A DNA stretch of 64,000 bases from an uncultured bacterium. GTDB taxonomy: Bacteria; Planctomycetota; UBA8742; UBA2392. Where the stretch lies: NCBI GenBank assembly GCA_938014885.1, contig CALLQI010000004.1:94578-158577 (forward strand). The letters are read 5' to 3'. The notes under the pieces are model-generated. The model saw only the letters and a list, made by a program, of their open reading frames with translations. It did not search any database and was not told the origin of the DNA. This document shows positions 55,290-64,000 of the stretch, piece by piece. Within the stretch, counting starts at the first letter, position 1. Each line of letters opens with the position of its first letter. The translations under genes were made by a program, and so were the position numbers.

Positions 55290-56734
55290 CGGTGCCGGAT
55301 CGGAATCTTGCGCGGGGCTGTTGGGTCTGCGTGTTTCACGTGGCCGGTGCGGCGGTGATTGCCGCGGAAGGTGCTCCAGCCCGGGCCGCTGCCCTTGAGC
55401 TTGATTGCCATCGCGCGGCCGTAATTGCCCTTGAAGTTGTCGGTCGAAGTGCCGACGCCGACAACGACGAAGCACTCCAACTTGCCGTCGCGGTCAAAGT
55501 CGCCGACCAGCGGTGCCGAAGAAATCTCTTCCCACTGCGCGCCCTTGAAGCCGGCATCGAAGCGAAACACCTCGCGGCCGTCGCTGCCACCAACGGCCAC
55601 CACGGCGCACCTGTCGTGAAACAGCACGTCCAGCTTGCCGTCGCCGTCGGCGTCACAGAAAGCCACGCCGCGATCAAGCCCGCCCTGCAGTTTCACCTTC
55701 CATAGCTGGTTGCCGTCGGCGGCGGCAAGGCAATACAGGTTGCGCCCGCCGAACACGAGTTCGTCTTTGCCGTCAGCGTTGATGTCGCCCACGGTGATCG
55801 GCGCGAACAGGTAGTCGTCGTAATGCTTGGTCCAGACCTGATTGCCCTTCTGGTCCAGTGCGTAGACGTCGCCCTGGCAGGTCGCCATGTAGATGGTTTT
55901 CTCGTCCTGGCTAAGGGCCACGCCGTGGTACATGCCCATCGACTTGTCGTCGCCCGCGGTGGTGAAGGTCCACAGCGCTTCGCCGTCTTTGCCGTTGATC
56001 GCGTGAATGCCGTGGTCGCCGCGCCAGGTGGAGATGATTACGTCCAGCACCTTGTCGCCGTTCAGGTCGGTCAGCACAGGCTCAGACTGGATGCAGCCCT
56101 TGTACTTGCGCTCCCACAGCAGTTTCTGCTCCTTGGCCGAGTAGCAACTGATGGTGCCCTTGCCGTCGCCCAGCCACATGCTGCCGATGACGAATTCGAG
56201 GGTGCCGTCACCGTCGAGGTCGGCAACCGCGACCGGTGAATCGGTGCTGTTGGGCAGCTTGAACTTCCAACGCAGAGTGCCGTCGGGCGCAATGTTGTAG
56301 AAGTGCCCGCTGGATGAATCGGCGCTCATCACTTCCAGCTTGCCGTCCCCGTCCAAATCATAGATCGCAACCGAGGCATCCAGCGGCCCGGCGTCGGACT
56401 TGAACTTCCACGTTACTTCGCCGGTTGCTGCCTTCACGCAAAACAGGTGCTGTTCGCCGAAGTAGGTGCCGAACACGATCTCAGGTTTGTTGTCGCCGTC
56501 CAGGTCGGCAAACGCACCCGAGCCCTTCAGGTCACTCTTCAGGTCAAACTGCCACAGCACGCCTTCGGGCAATGCGGGCTTGCGGCGCAGCTCCTCGATG
56601 TCCTTGCGCAGTTTCGCGGCCTCTTCTTCAAGCGCCTTGGCGCGCTTCTCCAGTTCATCTAGCCGCGCGTCGTCGTCGGCGTGGGCGACGCCAGTCAGCG
56701 CAAGCAAGAGGGCCAGGATCGCGAAAGTTCGCAT
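55286..56734 (-). CDS. Secreted PQQ-like/FG-GAP beta-propeller repeat protein with an N-terminal coiled coil
   Basis: Start at ATG 56734 (signal peptide MRTFAILALLLALTGVAHA); repeated D-L/I-D/N-GDG-K/T-x-E/D blocks and repeated W-K/T-F/Y-K/T motifs. Confidence 0.7.
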   Translation of the reverse strand: MRTFAILALLLALTGVAHADDDARLDELEKRAKALEEEAAKLRKDIEELRRKPALPEGVLWQFDLKSDLKGSGAFADLDGDNKPEIVFGTYFGEQHLFCVKAATGEVTWKFKSDAGPLDASVAIYDLDGDGKLEVMSADSSSGHFYNIAPDGTLRWKFKLPNSTDSPVAVADLDGDGTLEFVIGSMWLGDGKGTISCYSAKEQKLLWERKYKGCIQSEPVLTDLNGDKVLDVIISTWRGDHGIHAINGKDGEALWTFTTAGDDKSMGMYHGVALSQDEKTIYMATCQGDVYALDQKGNQVWTKHYDDYLFAPITVGDINADGKDELVFGGRNLYCLAAADGNQLWKVKLQGGLDRGVAFCDADGDGKLDVLFHDRCAVVAVGGSDGREVFRFDAGFKGAQWEEISSAPLVGDFDRDGKLECFVVVGVGTSTDNFKGNYGRAMAIKLKGSGPGWSTFRGNHRRTGHVKHADPTAPRKIPIRHR

Positions 56735-56812
56735 GGTGACTCCGGTAGTCTGGGAAGGTGTCCGCATCAAGGTCGCAAAGTCCGGCCAAAACAGCAACCG
56801 TACCCTGCAAAG

Positions 56813-56849
56813 AAAACACACCCGGGGATTTCTCCGCCGGGTGTGTGTG
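56813..56849 (-). terminator. Intrinsic terminator after the Crp/Fnr-family gene
   Basis: Reverse strand: cacacacccggcggagaaatccccgggtgtg hairpin followed by TTTTCTTT. Confidence 0.45.
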
Positions 56850-56868
56850 AGCGTTTTGCTGCGAAAGG

Positions 56869-57585
56869 CTACGCTTCGGCCATCTGGCGCAGGCGCTTGC
56901 GTGACAGCAGGGTCACGCGCTTGCCGCTGGCCTTGAGGATGCCTTCCTTTTCCATGCGGCTGAAACCGCGTGACACGACTTCGCGCACGGTGCCGATCTG
57001 GGCTGCGATCTCGCTTTGCGTGTACGGCAGCACCAGCATCAGTTCGTTGTCGCCGGCGTCGGGGTGGTTTTCAGTCACCCACGTGTCCAGCCACGAAGCC
57101 AGGCGGTTGTGCGCGTCCTTCAGGCTGAGCTGGTCCACGAGGTCCAGCATGCTGGAGTAGCGCTTGCCTTGTTCGGTCAGGATTGCGACGGCCAGTGCGG
57201 GCTCGCGGTGCATCAGCTCGCGGATCGAGGGCAGGTCAATCTCTGCGATCTCGGTGGCCGTGCGGGCGATGCAGCTTACGGGCATCGCGCGGTACGGGTT
57301 GGTCAACGATGTCAGGCCGAACACATCGTGCGGCCCGGCATAACCGAACACCTGTTCCTTGCCGGCCTTGTTGACCCGGTAGAACTTGAGCTGGCCGTTC
57401 AACACCACGCAAAAGGCGCGCGGGGGCTGGCCGGCGGACAGGTAGGTCTCGCCCTCTTCGAGGCGGCGGACACGGGCGCGGCTTTCCAGACGGCTGAGCA
57501 CGTCTTCAGAAAGGCCTTTGAACAGGGGGATCTCTTTGATCATTTCAGTGGCGTGCATCGAGGTGGGTCCTTTCAAAGGAGGCAT
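56869..57585 (-). CDS. Crp/Fnr-family transcriptional regulator
   Basis: cNMP-binding-like beta-roll N-terminal region and a C-terminal HTH (...SQSEIAAQIGTVREVVSRGFSRMEKEGIL). No N-terminal Cys cluster, so not a classical O2-sensing FNR. The start may be at 57585, 57558 or 57543. Confidence 0.8.
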   Translation of the reverse strand: MPPLKGPTSMHATEMIKEIPLFKGLSEDVLSRLESRARVRRLEEGETYLSAGQPPRAFCVVLNGQLKFYRVNKAGKEQVFGYAGPHDVFGLTSLTNPYRAMPVSCIARTATEIAEIDLPSIRELMHREPALAVAILTEQGKRYSSMLDLVDQLSLKDAHNRLASWLDTWVTENHPDAGDNELMLVLPYTQSEIAAQIGTVREVVSRGFSRMEKEGILKASGKRVTLLSRKRLRQMAEA

Positions 57586-57637
57586 AGTTCCGCCCAGCTA
57601 AAGGAACGAACCAGTACCCCTGAGACTTCCCGGACCG

Positions 57638-57958
57638 CTAGAACATACCGGGGAAGTTAACGCCCCCGGTTACCTTGGCCATCTCGGCCTGTTTCAGCTC
57701 TTCGGCCTTCTTCAGCCCGTTATTGACGGCTGCAACAACCAGGTCTTCCAGCAGCGACAAGTCGTCAGGATCAACAGCATCGGGCGAGATTTCGATCTTC
57801 ACGAGCTCCTGCGCGCCGGAGCAGATCACCTTCACAAGTCCGTCGCCGGCCGCACCTTCCACGTATCTTTCCTTCAGCTCTTCCTGGATTTTGCCCATGT
57901 CGCGTTGCATGCGCTGGGCCTGCTTCATCAGGTCGCCAAAGTTTCCGAGCCCTGCCAT
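57638..57958 (-). CDS. ybaB: Nucleoid-associated protein YbaB/EbfC
   Basis: 106 aa, MAGLGNFGDLMKQAQRMQ..., conserved YbaB family sequence; directly downstream of dnaX as in most bacteria. Confidence 0.9.
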   Translation of the reverse strand: MAGLGNFGDLMKQAQRMQRDMGKIQEELKERYVEGAAGDGLVKVICSGAQELVKIEISPDAVDPDDLSLLEDLVVAAVNNGLKKAEELKQAEMAKVTGGVNFPGMF

Positions 57959-58004
57959 AGCCTCTCCCGAAGTGGGTGTAATATAAATGACTGGTTAGCT
58001 GCAC

Positions 58005-58022
58005 TCAAGTGTGATTGTTCAA
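58005..58022. promoter_or_regulatory. 7-bp inverted repeat GTGATTG-tt-CAATCAC (CRP/FNR-type palindrome) in the AT-rich dnaX-ybaB spacer
   Basis: A perfect 7+7 inverted repeat with half-sites of the TGTGA/TCACA class, in an AT-rich 70-nt gap in otherwise GC-rich DNA. A Crp/Fnr-family regulator is encoded 450 nt away. Confidence 0.35.
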
Positions 58023-58028
58023 TCACAA

Positions 58029-59321
58029 CTATTTTGCACGAAATTGCCGTTTTATAGCCTCCAGTGCCGCCTGCTCACGCTCGTTCGGCCCACTTGAGGC
58101 CGTCGGTGCCGGCACCGGGTTGCTGCGTATCTCTTGTGCCGGCGCAGGGTTCGGTGCGTCGGCTACTTCATCAAGGCGCTTCAGCAGGGTCTCAAGTGAC
58201 TCCAAACGACCCAGCATGGACAGTTTTACGAATGTCGTCTCGACGACCACCCGAGGATATGCCGCACGTCGCACCCTTTGGCGGCAATCCGTGAGCAACT
58301 CGGCCAGGTAAACCAACCCTTGAAGCCCGAACAATTGCGAAGTTTTCATCAGTCGCGGAGCCTCATCGGCGGCGAGGTCCAGCGCCCGCGTGTCGCCGGC
58401 TCCGGCCTGCAGCAGCAGCAGCGTGCGCGTCAGCGCCACCAGTGACCCCAGCACTTCGCTGACATCCTTGCCGCTGTCAAAGACTTCTTCCGCGAACAAG
58501 ATGCCCGCGCGCGCGTCGCCGCCGGCCAGCGATTCCAGCAGCGCCAGCAGTTTGGGGCGCGAGACCAGGCCGAATATCTTCTCGGCATCTGCCAGCTTGG
58601 GCTCAGTGCCCGCAAACGCCACCAGCTGGTCCAGCCGCGACAGCGCGTCGCGCATGCCGCCCTCGGCCATTTCCGCGATTGCGCGCAACACGCCTTCGCC
58701 GGGCGAGATGCTTTCCTGGCCGCAGATGTACTCTAGGCGCGCCACGGTTTCCGCAATCGTCACGCGGCGGAAGTCATAGCGCTGGCAGCGCGACAGAATC
58801 GTTTCGGGGATCTTTTCGGGGTTCGTCGTCGCCAGGATGAACTTCACGTGCGGCGGCGGCTCTTCCAGTGTCTTCAGCAGCGCGTTGAATGCGCTGGTCG
58901 AAAGCATGTGCACTTCGTCGATGATGAAAATGCGGTAGCGGCCTCGGGCCGGACGCGTGTCCACGCGCTCAAGCCGCTCGCGGATGTCATCGACGCGGCT
59001 GTTGCTGGCGGCGTCCATCTCGACGACATCCAGGTCTTCGCTGCGGGCGATGTCGATGCACGATTCGCACTGGCCGCAGGGCTCAAACTCGCCGGACTTG
59101 TTGCCTTCCTTGCGGCGCAGGCAGTTCAGCGCCGCGGCCAGCATTCGCGCGCTGGTGGTCTTGCCCGTCCCGCGCGAGCCCGTGAACAGAAACGCCTGCG
59201 CGACGCGGTTGGTGGTGATGGCATTGCCCACGGCCTTCACGACATGAGGCTGCCCGATCAAGTCCGCAAATCGCGCGGGCCGATACTTGCGGGCAAGCAC
59301 AGTGTAGTTGTGTTCAGCCAT
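58029..59321 (-). CDS. dnaX: DNA polymerase III subunit gamma/tau, short form (431 aa; domains I-III, no extended tau C-terminus)
   Basis: Walker A GSRGTGKTT, Zn module CGQCESC, DEVHML, SRC motif SRCQ; start at ATG 59321 (MAEHNYTVLARKYRP). The upstream part of ORF 58029..59762 is rejected. Confidence 0.9.
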   Translation of the reverse strand: MAEHNYTVLARKYRPARFADLIGQPHVVKAVGNAITTNRVAQAFLFTGSRGTGKTTSARMLAAALNCLRRKEGNKSGEFEPCGQCESCIDIARSEDLDVVEMDAASNSRVDDIRERLERVDTRPARGRYRIFIIDEVHMLSTSAFNALLKTLEEPPPHVKFILATTNPEKIPETILSRCQRYDFRRVTIAETVARLEYICGQESISPGEGVLRAIAEMAEGGMRDALSRLDQLVAFAGTEPKLADAEKIFGLVSRPKLLALLESLAGGDARAGILFAEEVFDSGKDVSEVLGSLVALTRTLLLLQAGAGDTRALDLAADEAPRLMKTSQLFGLQGLVYLAELLTDCRQRVRRAAYPRVVVETTFVKLSMLGRLESLETLLKRLDEVADAPNPAPAQEIRSNPVPAPTASSGPNEREQAALEAIKRQFRAK

Positions 59322-59365
59322 CGGGCGTATTGGACACGGGCGGGCGACAGTGGTCAATTCAGGGG

Positions 59366-59818
59366 TCAATTCAGGCTTAATGGCACTTCGTACATCTTTG
59401 CAATCGCAACATAAACCCAGTTGGCCACGAAAACGGCCGCTACGGCAAACCAGAACGCGCGGCGCAGGTTCTTGCTGCCGGTGATCACCAGCCGCCGCTT
59501 GAAGGGCAGCACCATGAAAAGCCAGCTCAGCGCGCCCCATACCAGCAAGGCGAACACCACCAGCGCAAGCGGGTTGTAGCGCACCGCAAGCTCGAACCTG
59601 CCCAGCATCAGCGCAGTGACCGCGCGCGTGCCGCCGCACAACGGGCAAGCGAATCCGGTGTAGCGCAGCGGGCTGTGGATCGCGGGCATCCAGTCCACGG
59701 CGTACGAAAGCGGGATGTACACGGCCGCACCGACAAGCAGTAGCAACGCGTACAATTCCCACGGCGAGGGAAAGCGGTTGGCAGGCTTGTCCAGCAGCAC
59801 ACGCATGGGCGGCAGCAT
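59366..59818 (-). CDS. DUF2752-family membrane protein
   Basis: CPLCGGTRA motif followed by hydrophobic helices, 150 aa. Confidence 0.6.
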   Translation of the reverse strand: MLPPMRVLLDKPANRFPSPWELYALLLLVGAAVYIPLSYAVDWMPAIHSPLRYTGFACPLCGGTRAVTALMLGRFELAVRYNPLALVVFALLVWGALSWLFMVLPFKRRLVITGSKNLRRAFWFAVAAVFVANWVYVAIAKMYEVPLSLN

Positions 59819-59830
59819 AGCAGCGGGCGG

Positions 59831-60340
59831 CTACGTGCCCACTTGCTGGGGCTTGGGCTTGACGGTGACTTCCACCTTCATGTCGCGGAGGCGCTCAAAG
59901 TCCAGCCGGCGGCGGCGCAGCGGCCACCAGTCGTACAGCAGAATCTCAAGCGGCCGCCACATCGCCACCCAACCGCCGATCATGAAGCCCTCACGCACAA
60001 GTTCAGCCCACGCCGCGTGCCCAAACGCCGTATACACTGCGTGGCCGACGGCAAAGCACGCCACCAGGACCACCAGCCCGATTGCCAGGCTGGCGCGGCC
60101 GCGACGCATCAGGTCACGGAACTCGTTGCGAGTGAGTTGCGCCATCTGGTCGAAGTAGTTGCGCGTGCCCTGCTCGATCTGCGCCTGGTGGTCCACGCCG
60201 GGTTTGGGCTCGGTGATCTCAACCCGCAGCGTCAGCGCGTGGTGTCGCGGGATTTCGCGCGCCCACGAGGTAATGAAGTGCGCGGCGTCATCATCAAGAT
60301 CGCGTTCAATGAACGGGTCCGGGTCCAGCGAATTGAACAT
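59831..60340 (-). CDS. Hypothetical membrane-associated protein (about 170 aa)
   Basis: The internal start MFNSLDPDPF is chosen so as not to overlap the upstream hydrolase gene. One TM (LAIGLVVLVACFAV). No family recognised. Confidence 0.4.
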   Translation of the reverse strand: MFNSLDPDPFIERDLDDDAAHFITSWAREIPRHHALTLRVEITEPKPGVDHQAQIEQGTRNYFDQMAQLTRNEFRDLMRRGRASLAIGLVVLVACFAVGHAVYTAFGHAAWAELVREGFMIGGWVAMWRPLEILLYDWWPLRRRRLDFERLRDMKVEVTVKPKPQQVGT

Positions 60341-60392
60341 CTGCGCCGCTTCGCGCAACCGCAGGCGGATTACCCCGGATTTTGCGTCCTCG

Positions 60393-61115
60393 TCAGCCAC
60401 GCAAGTGTTCCGCGAAAAGGGCGAATGTGTGGCGCCAGGCGTCGTCAGCTTTGTCGGCGCGGTAGTCAGGGCGCTGATCGCAGGCGAATCCGTGGCCGGC
60501 ATCATGGTAAACGATGATCTCGAATTTCGCGCCCACAGAGGCGAGCTTGTGCGCGATGGCCTCAACCTGCGCTTCAGGAATCATCGCGTCATTCTGCCCG
60601 TAGAACAGCCGCAGGTTCGCACGCAACTTCGGCGCCAGCTCAAGGCTCGGCGGTCCGCCGCCTGGGCGCGTAGTGCTGATTCCCCCACCGTAAAAGCATG
60701 CGGCCGCCTTCATGCCGGGCAACGTGGCCGCCAGGAACGTCACGTGCCCGCCGAAGCAGAAGCCGACGCAACCGATGTCGCGAACGCCCTGAGCCTCAAG
60801 CCAGGCCATGCAAGCCTTAGTGTCGTCAAACAGGCCGTCCAGCGTGCAGGCTTCCTTATGTTTGCGGCCTTCGGTAACGCCCGCGCTGTCGTAGCCGACC
60901 TCAAAGCGAGGTGCTGTGCGATGGAAAATGTCGGGCGCGATCACTAGATAGCCCTGCGCGGCCACGCGCTGCGCGACATCACGGATGTGTGCGTTGACGC
61001 CGAAGATTTCCTGGAAGACGATCACCCCGCCACGCGGCGCAGCAGACGGCCGCGCGACGAAGCCGCTGAGGCCGTCTGCCAGCGTAACCCATTCCGCTTG
61101 CGCCTCAGGGGCCAT
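60393..61115 (-). CDS. Dienelactone hydrolase-family protein
   Basis: Alpha/beta hydrolase with the DLH-type nucleophile in GFCFGG and a conserved HGF near the C-terminus; start at ATG 61115. Confidence 0.75.
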   Translation of the reverse strand: MAPEAQAEWVTLADGLSGFVARPSAAPRGGVIVFQEIFGVNAHIRDVAQRVAAQGYLVIAPDIFHRTAPRFEVGYDSAGVTEGRKHKEACTLDGLFDDTKACMAWLEAQGVRDIGCVGFCFGGHVTFLAATLPGMKAAACFYGGGISTTRPGGGPPSLELAPKLRANLRLFYGQNDAMIPEAQVEAIAHKLASVGAKFEIIVYHDAGHGFACDQRPDYRADKADDAWRHTFALFAEHLRG

Positions 61116-61731
61116 CGGTGCCTTTGAAATATTCGCGGTACCAAGGGTGATCAAGGAAGTCGAATGCCGCCGGGTCCACGACAAAATCGGGCTCGAGCAA
61201 TTGCAGCAAACGCTGAACACTCAGGTGATCGCGCTGCGCGATGATTGGCACACCGGCGCGGTGCAGTGCGGCCGCGGCCACACCCCGCCCCTGCTGGTAC
61301 ACCTTGGCGGCCGGGTCGCCGAGGTAAACGACGTGCGAGCCGCATGACGGGCTGATGTCGAGCATGATCGCGACGTCAACCTTGTGCTCGCGGGCCTGGG
61401 CGACCATGGCCTCGGCGGCGCGCAGCATTCCGGGCGTCCAGTCGGTGCCATCCACGGCGCGCATGGTGGCCTTGCCGTCGAGGACGTCATCACCGTGGCC
61501 GCCGTGCAGGCTCGAAAACGCACGCGGGGTGCCGAAAGAGAAGTGCTCAGGACAAAAGCGAACGGCCTGCACACGCGGGTGTTTGGCAATGCGTTGCAGC
61601 ACCTCAGGGTTGAAGCCTTTGCCATCCCAGGTGCAGCTTTCGCCCAGCAGGCAGGCGCTGAACAGAATGCGCAGAGGCCGCTCGGTCAGGATCGCGGCCA
61701 GTCGGGCAAGATCATGTCGAGGGGTGTGCAT
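61105..61731 (-). CDS. DUF523-family protein (TudS-like Fe-S desulfidase family)
   Basis: CPEHFSFGTPRA motif (DUF523 CPE..G..PR) with additional conserved Cys residues; overlaps the hydrolase start by about 10 nt. Confidence 0.6.
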   Translation of the reverse strand: MHTPRHDLARLAAILTERPLRILFSACLLGESCTWDGKGFNPEVLQRIAKHPRVQAVRFCPEHFSFGTPRAFSSLHGGHGDDVLDGKATMRAVDGTDWTPGMLRAAEAMVAQAREHKVDVAIMLDISPSCGSHVVYLGDPAAKVYQQGRGVAAAALHRAGVPIIAQRDHLSVQRLLQLLEPDFVVDPAAFDFLDHPWYREYFKGTDGP

Positions 61732-61895
61732 GGGTTTTGGGGTTGGGGGATCGGGGTCAGGGCTTAGAGGTTAGGTTGTAGGTTGTAGCGAGGCCGCAGG
61801 CGCGAGACAGGAGTCGAGGGGAAGTCTGGCCTTCACATCTACCCCGGAACTCCAGATTCGTCTCCCCAAGCCCCAAGCCCGAGACCCCAAGCCCC
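61732..61895. repeat. Intergenic run clusters: a G-run cluster on + (61732..61762), a C-run cluster on + (61864..61895), and tandem GGTTGTA units between them
   Basis: GGGttttGGGGttGGGGGatcGGGGtcaGGG and CCCCaagCCCCaagCCCgagaCCCCaagCCCCC; both fit G-quadruplex/i-motif sequence patterns (four or more runs of at least 3 G/C with loops of 7 nt or less). Confidence 0.4.
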
Positions 61896-61899
61896 CGGC

Positions 61900-62997
61900 C
61901 TACACACTGAACCGGAAGTGCATCACGTCGCCGTCCTGCACGACATACTCTTTGCCTTCGGTGCGCATCTTGCCGGCTTCCTTGGCGCCTTGTTCGCCGT
62001 TGTGGGCCGCGAAATCGGCGTAGGCGATGGTTTCGGCGCGGATGAAGCCCTTCTCAAAGTCACTGTGAATCTTGCCCGCGGCCACCGGCGCGGTGTCGCC
62101 GGCGACGATGGTCCAGGCGCGCACTTCCTTCACGCCGGCCGTGAAGTAGGTGCGCAGGCCCAGCAGCCGGTAACCCGCCTGGATCAGGCGGTCCAGGCCG
62201 CTCTCACTCAGGCCCAGGCCCTCCATGAACTCGCGGCGCTCGGCGGCGGGCAGGCGTGCGATGTCGCCTTCGATCTTGCTGCTCACGATCACGCACTGTG
62301 CGCCTTCTTCAGCGGCGATGCGCTTGACCACGTCGCTGTGTTTGTTGCCGTTGGGCAGTTCGTCTTCGCCCACGTTGGCCACGTACAGCACCGGCTTGCG
62401 GGTCAGCAGGCACAGTTCGCGCGCGATGTACTCGTGCTGCGGCTCAATTTCGACGGTGCTGGCGGCCTTGGCTTCATCCAATACCGGCTTCAGCCGGTTC
62501 AGGATTTCTACGCGCAGCTTCTCTTCTTTGTCGCCGCCGCGGGCTAGCTTCTCGGCCTTCTCGAGGCGCTTGGTAACGGTCTCAAGGTCCTTGAGTGCAA
62601 GCTCGGTCTGGATCACGCGGATGTCGCGCTCAGGGTCCACGCTGTTGCTGACGTGAATCACGTTGGGGTCTTCAAAGCAGCGCACAACATGCGCGATCGC
62701 GTCCACGTCGCGGATGTGCATCAGGAACTTGTTGCCAAGCCCTTCGTTCTTGGAGGCACCCTCAACCAGGCCGGCGATGTCTTCAAACTGGATTGTGGCC
62801 GGCACCACCTTCTGCGGCTTCACGATCTCGGTCAGCTTGTCGATGCGCGGGTCCGGTACCACCACCGTGCCGGTGTTGGGCTCAATGGTGCAGAAAGGAT
62901 AATTCGCGGCGGCCGCAATCTCGCTGGCCGTGATCGCGTTGAACAGCGTGCTTTTGCCCACGTTGGGAAGCCCGACGATGCCGCACTTGAAGCCCAT
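61900..62997 (-). CDS. ychF: Ribosome-binding ATPase YchF
   Basis: [17 protein letters not shown]-loop, the NxxE variant of the G4 motif, C-terminal TGS domain; 365 aa. Confidence 0.9.
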   Translation of the reverse strand: MGFKCGIVGLPNVGKSTLFNAITASEIAAAANYPFCTIEPNTGTVVVPDPRIDKLTEIVKPQKVVPATIQFEDIAGLVEGASKNEGLGNKFLMHIRDVDAIAHVVRCFEDPNVIHVSNSVDPERDIRVIQTELALKDLETVTKRLEKAEKLARGGDKEEKLRVEILNRLKPVLDEAKAASTVEIEPQHEYIARELCLLTRKPVLYVANVGEDELPNGNKHSDVVKRIAAEEGAQCVIVSSKIEGDIARLPAAERREFMEGLGLSESGLDRLIQAGYRLLGLRTYFTAGVKEVRAWTIVAGDTAPVAAGKIHSDFEKGFIRAETIAYADFAAHNGEQGAKEAGKMRTEGKEYVVQDGDVMHFRFSV

Positions 62998-63172
62998 GAA
63001 CTGCCTTTCGTTGCTGCGTTGAGATGCCGCGTGAAGCTGTCCTTGAAAGGGGCGGAATTATAGGCGCGGCCGCGTTGCGCGCCATAACGTGCATCGGCGA
63101 CTCGCACCGGCTGCCCCCGGGGTGGCGCGTGGCCGCGTGCGCCCCTACACTGCCGCGCTTTGCGGAGCCTGC

Positions 63173-64000
63173 GTGCTGGGAATTCTTGAACATCCGAACT
63201 GGGACCCCGTGATCTTTACGATCAAAGAGCCCCAGCTTGCCCTGCGCTGGTACGGCCTGATGTATGTGCTGGCCTTCACCATCGGCTACTTCATCCTGCG
63301 CTGGCTGCAAAAGATCGGCTACCTGCGCGTCAAGGCCGAAGACGTCACCAACGTGATCGTGGTCGGTGTGCTGGGCACGTTCCTGGGCGGGCGGCTGGGT
63401 TACCTGCTGTTCTACCAGTTCGACAAGCTGGTGGTCGGCAAAGGCGGCCACACGATTGGTGAGCGCTTCAGCATGATTTACTCGGTGTGGGACGGCGGCA
63501 TGAGCTTCCACGGCGGGGTGTTCGGCGTGGCGATTGCCGTGATCATTTACGCGTGGCGCAGGAAGTACAGCTTCTGGAACATCATCGACGCCTCGGCCCA
63601 CCTGGTGCCGCTGGGCGTGGCACTGGTGCGTTGCGGCAACTTCATTAATGGTGAGCTTTACGGGCGCATGATTACGGATGCCGACGGCAAGCCCGTCTAC
63701 GACGAGGCCAAGCTGCCGTGGTACGCGATGAAGTTCCCGACCGAGCAAACCGACCAGAACGCGCGCATCCAGTTGCAGCGCGCCATTGAGCGCGACTACC
63801 TGGCCGCAAACCCGGACGCAGCCGACATCCCCAACAAGATCTACCACGTGCCGCCGGTGAAGCCCGAAGTGTGGACACAGGTGAAAGAGCACTTCCCCGG
63901 CCGCTATCCCAGCCAGATCGTGCAGTTCCTGTTCGAAGGCGTGCTGGTGCTGCTGTCGATCTGGGTGCTGCGCCGCTTCGTGAAGAAGCCCGGCCAGCTC
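63173..64000 (+). CDS. lgt: Prolipoprotein diacylglyceryl transferase (3-prime end outside the window)
   Basis: GTG start about 5 nt after GGAG; reads VLGILEHPNWDPVIFTIKEPQLALRWYGLMYVLAFTIGYF..., colinear with the E. coli Lgt N-terminus (..[24 protein letters not shown]..); Lgt signature region GGRLGY. Not in the ORF track because no stop codon lies inside the window. Confidence 0.8.
   Translation, partial: MLGILEHPNWDPVIFTIKEPQLALRWYGLMYVLAFTIGYFILRWLQKIGYLRVKAEDVTNVIVVGVLGTFLGGRLGYLLFYQFDKLVVGKGGHTIGERFSMIYSVWDGGMSFHGGVFGVAIAVIIYAWRRKYSFWNIIDASAHLVPLGVALVRCGNFINGELYGRMITDADGKPVYDEAKLPWYAMKFPTEQTDQNARIQLQRAIERDYLAANPDAADIPNKIYHVPPVKPEVWTQVKEHFPGRYPSQIVQFLFEGVLVLLSIWVLRRFVKKPGQL

Noticed and set aside
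58029-59762. Long N-terminal extension of dnaX in the ORF track (577 aa)
   Set aside because: DnaX homology begins at MAEHNYTVLARKYRP (ATG 59321); the upstream 147 codons are Arg/Ala/Gly-rich and overlap the DUF2752 gene.
1-64000. Search for rRNA, tRNA, CRISPR arrays, transposases/integrases and prophage genes
   Set aside because: No cloverleaf-like conserved tRNA stretches in intergenic regions, no direct-repeat/spacer arrays, no recombinase-like ORFs; apart from the two repeat copies the window looks like stable core chromosome.

Overview
This is a 64-kb chromosomal segment from a very GC-rich Gram-negative bacterium; most codon third positions are G/C. No rRNA, tRNA, CRISPR array or transposase/integrase genes were recognised. 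Most of it is conserved core genome: rho, coaE, polA, ispH, a class-III aminotransferase, a long signal peptidase I, an acyl-CoA dehydrogenase, xseA, hemW, lspA, pyrD, a DnaJ/CbpA-like protein, cspA, a clpP-like gene, rtcB, an argG-like gene, a SulP transporter, pyrB, a DHOase-like pyrC, a Crp/Fnr regulator, ybaB, dnaX, ychF and lgt. Two respiratory/heme blocks are present: a cbb3-type cytochrome oxidase locus (ccoN plus a fused ccoO/ccoP tri-heme subunit) and a System I cytochrome c maturation operon (ccmE-ccmF-ccmH plus two trailing membrane proteins) with several atypical members. The observations most worth a second look are: (1) a Bcp-type peroxiredoxin whose peroxidatic Cys codon is an in-frame TGA followed by a SECIS-like hairpin, a candidate selenoprotein; (2) two further in-frame TGA codons splitting otherwise continuous conserved genes; (3) a roughly 1300-aa coiled-coil gene split at an A9 homopolymer that forms a perfect -1 slippery heptamer followed by a hairpin; (4) a roughly 110-nt intergenic element present twice, flanking a membrane-protein gene; (5) a terminator/attenuator hairpin with T7 just upstream of pyrB; and (6) an orphan ClpP paralog with an acidic N-terminal extension coupled to a lipoprotein. 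Coordinates of starts were re-derived from the ORF track by counting to internal Met/Shine-Dalgarno positions; all functional calls are from remembered family motifs, not from database searches.
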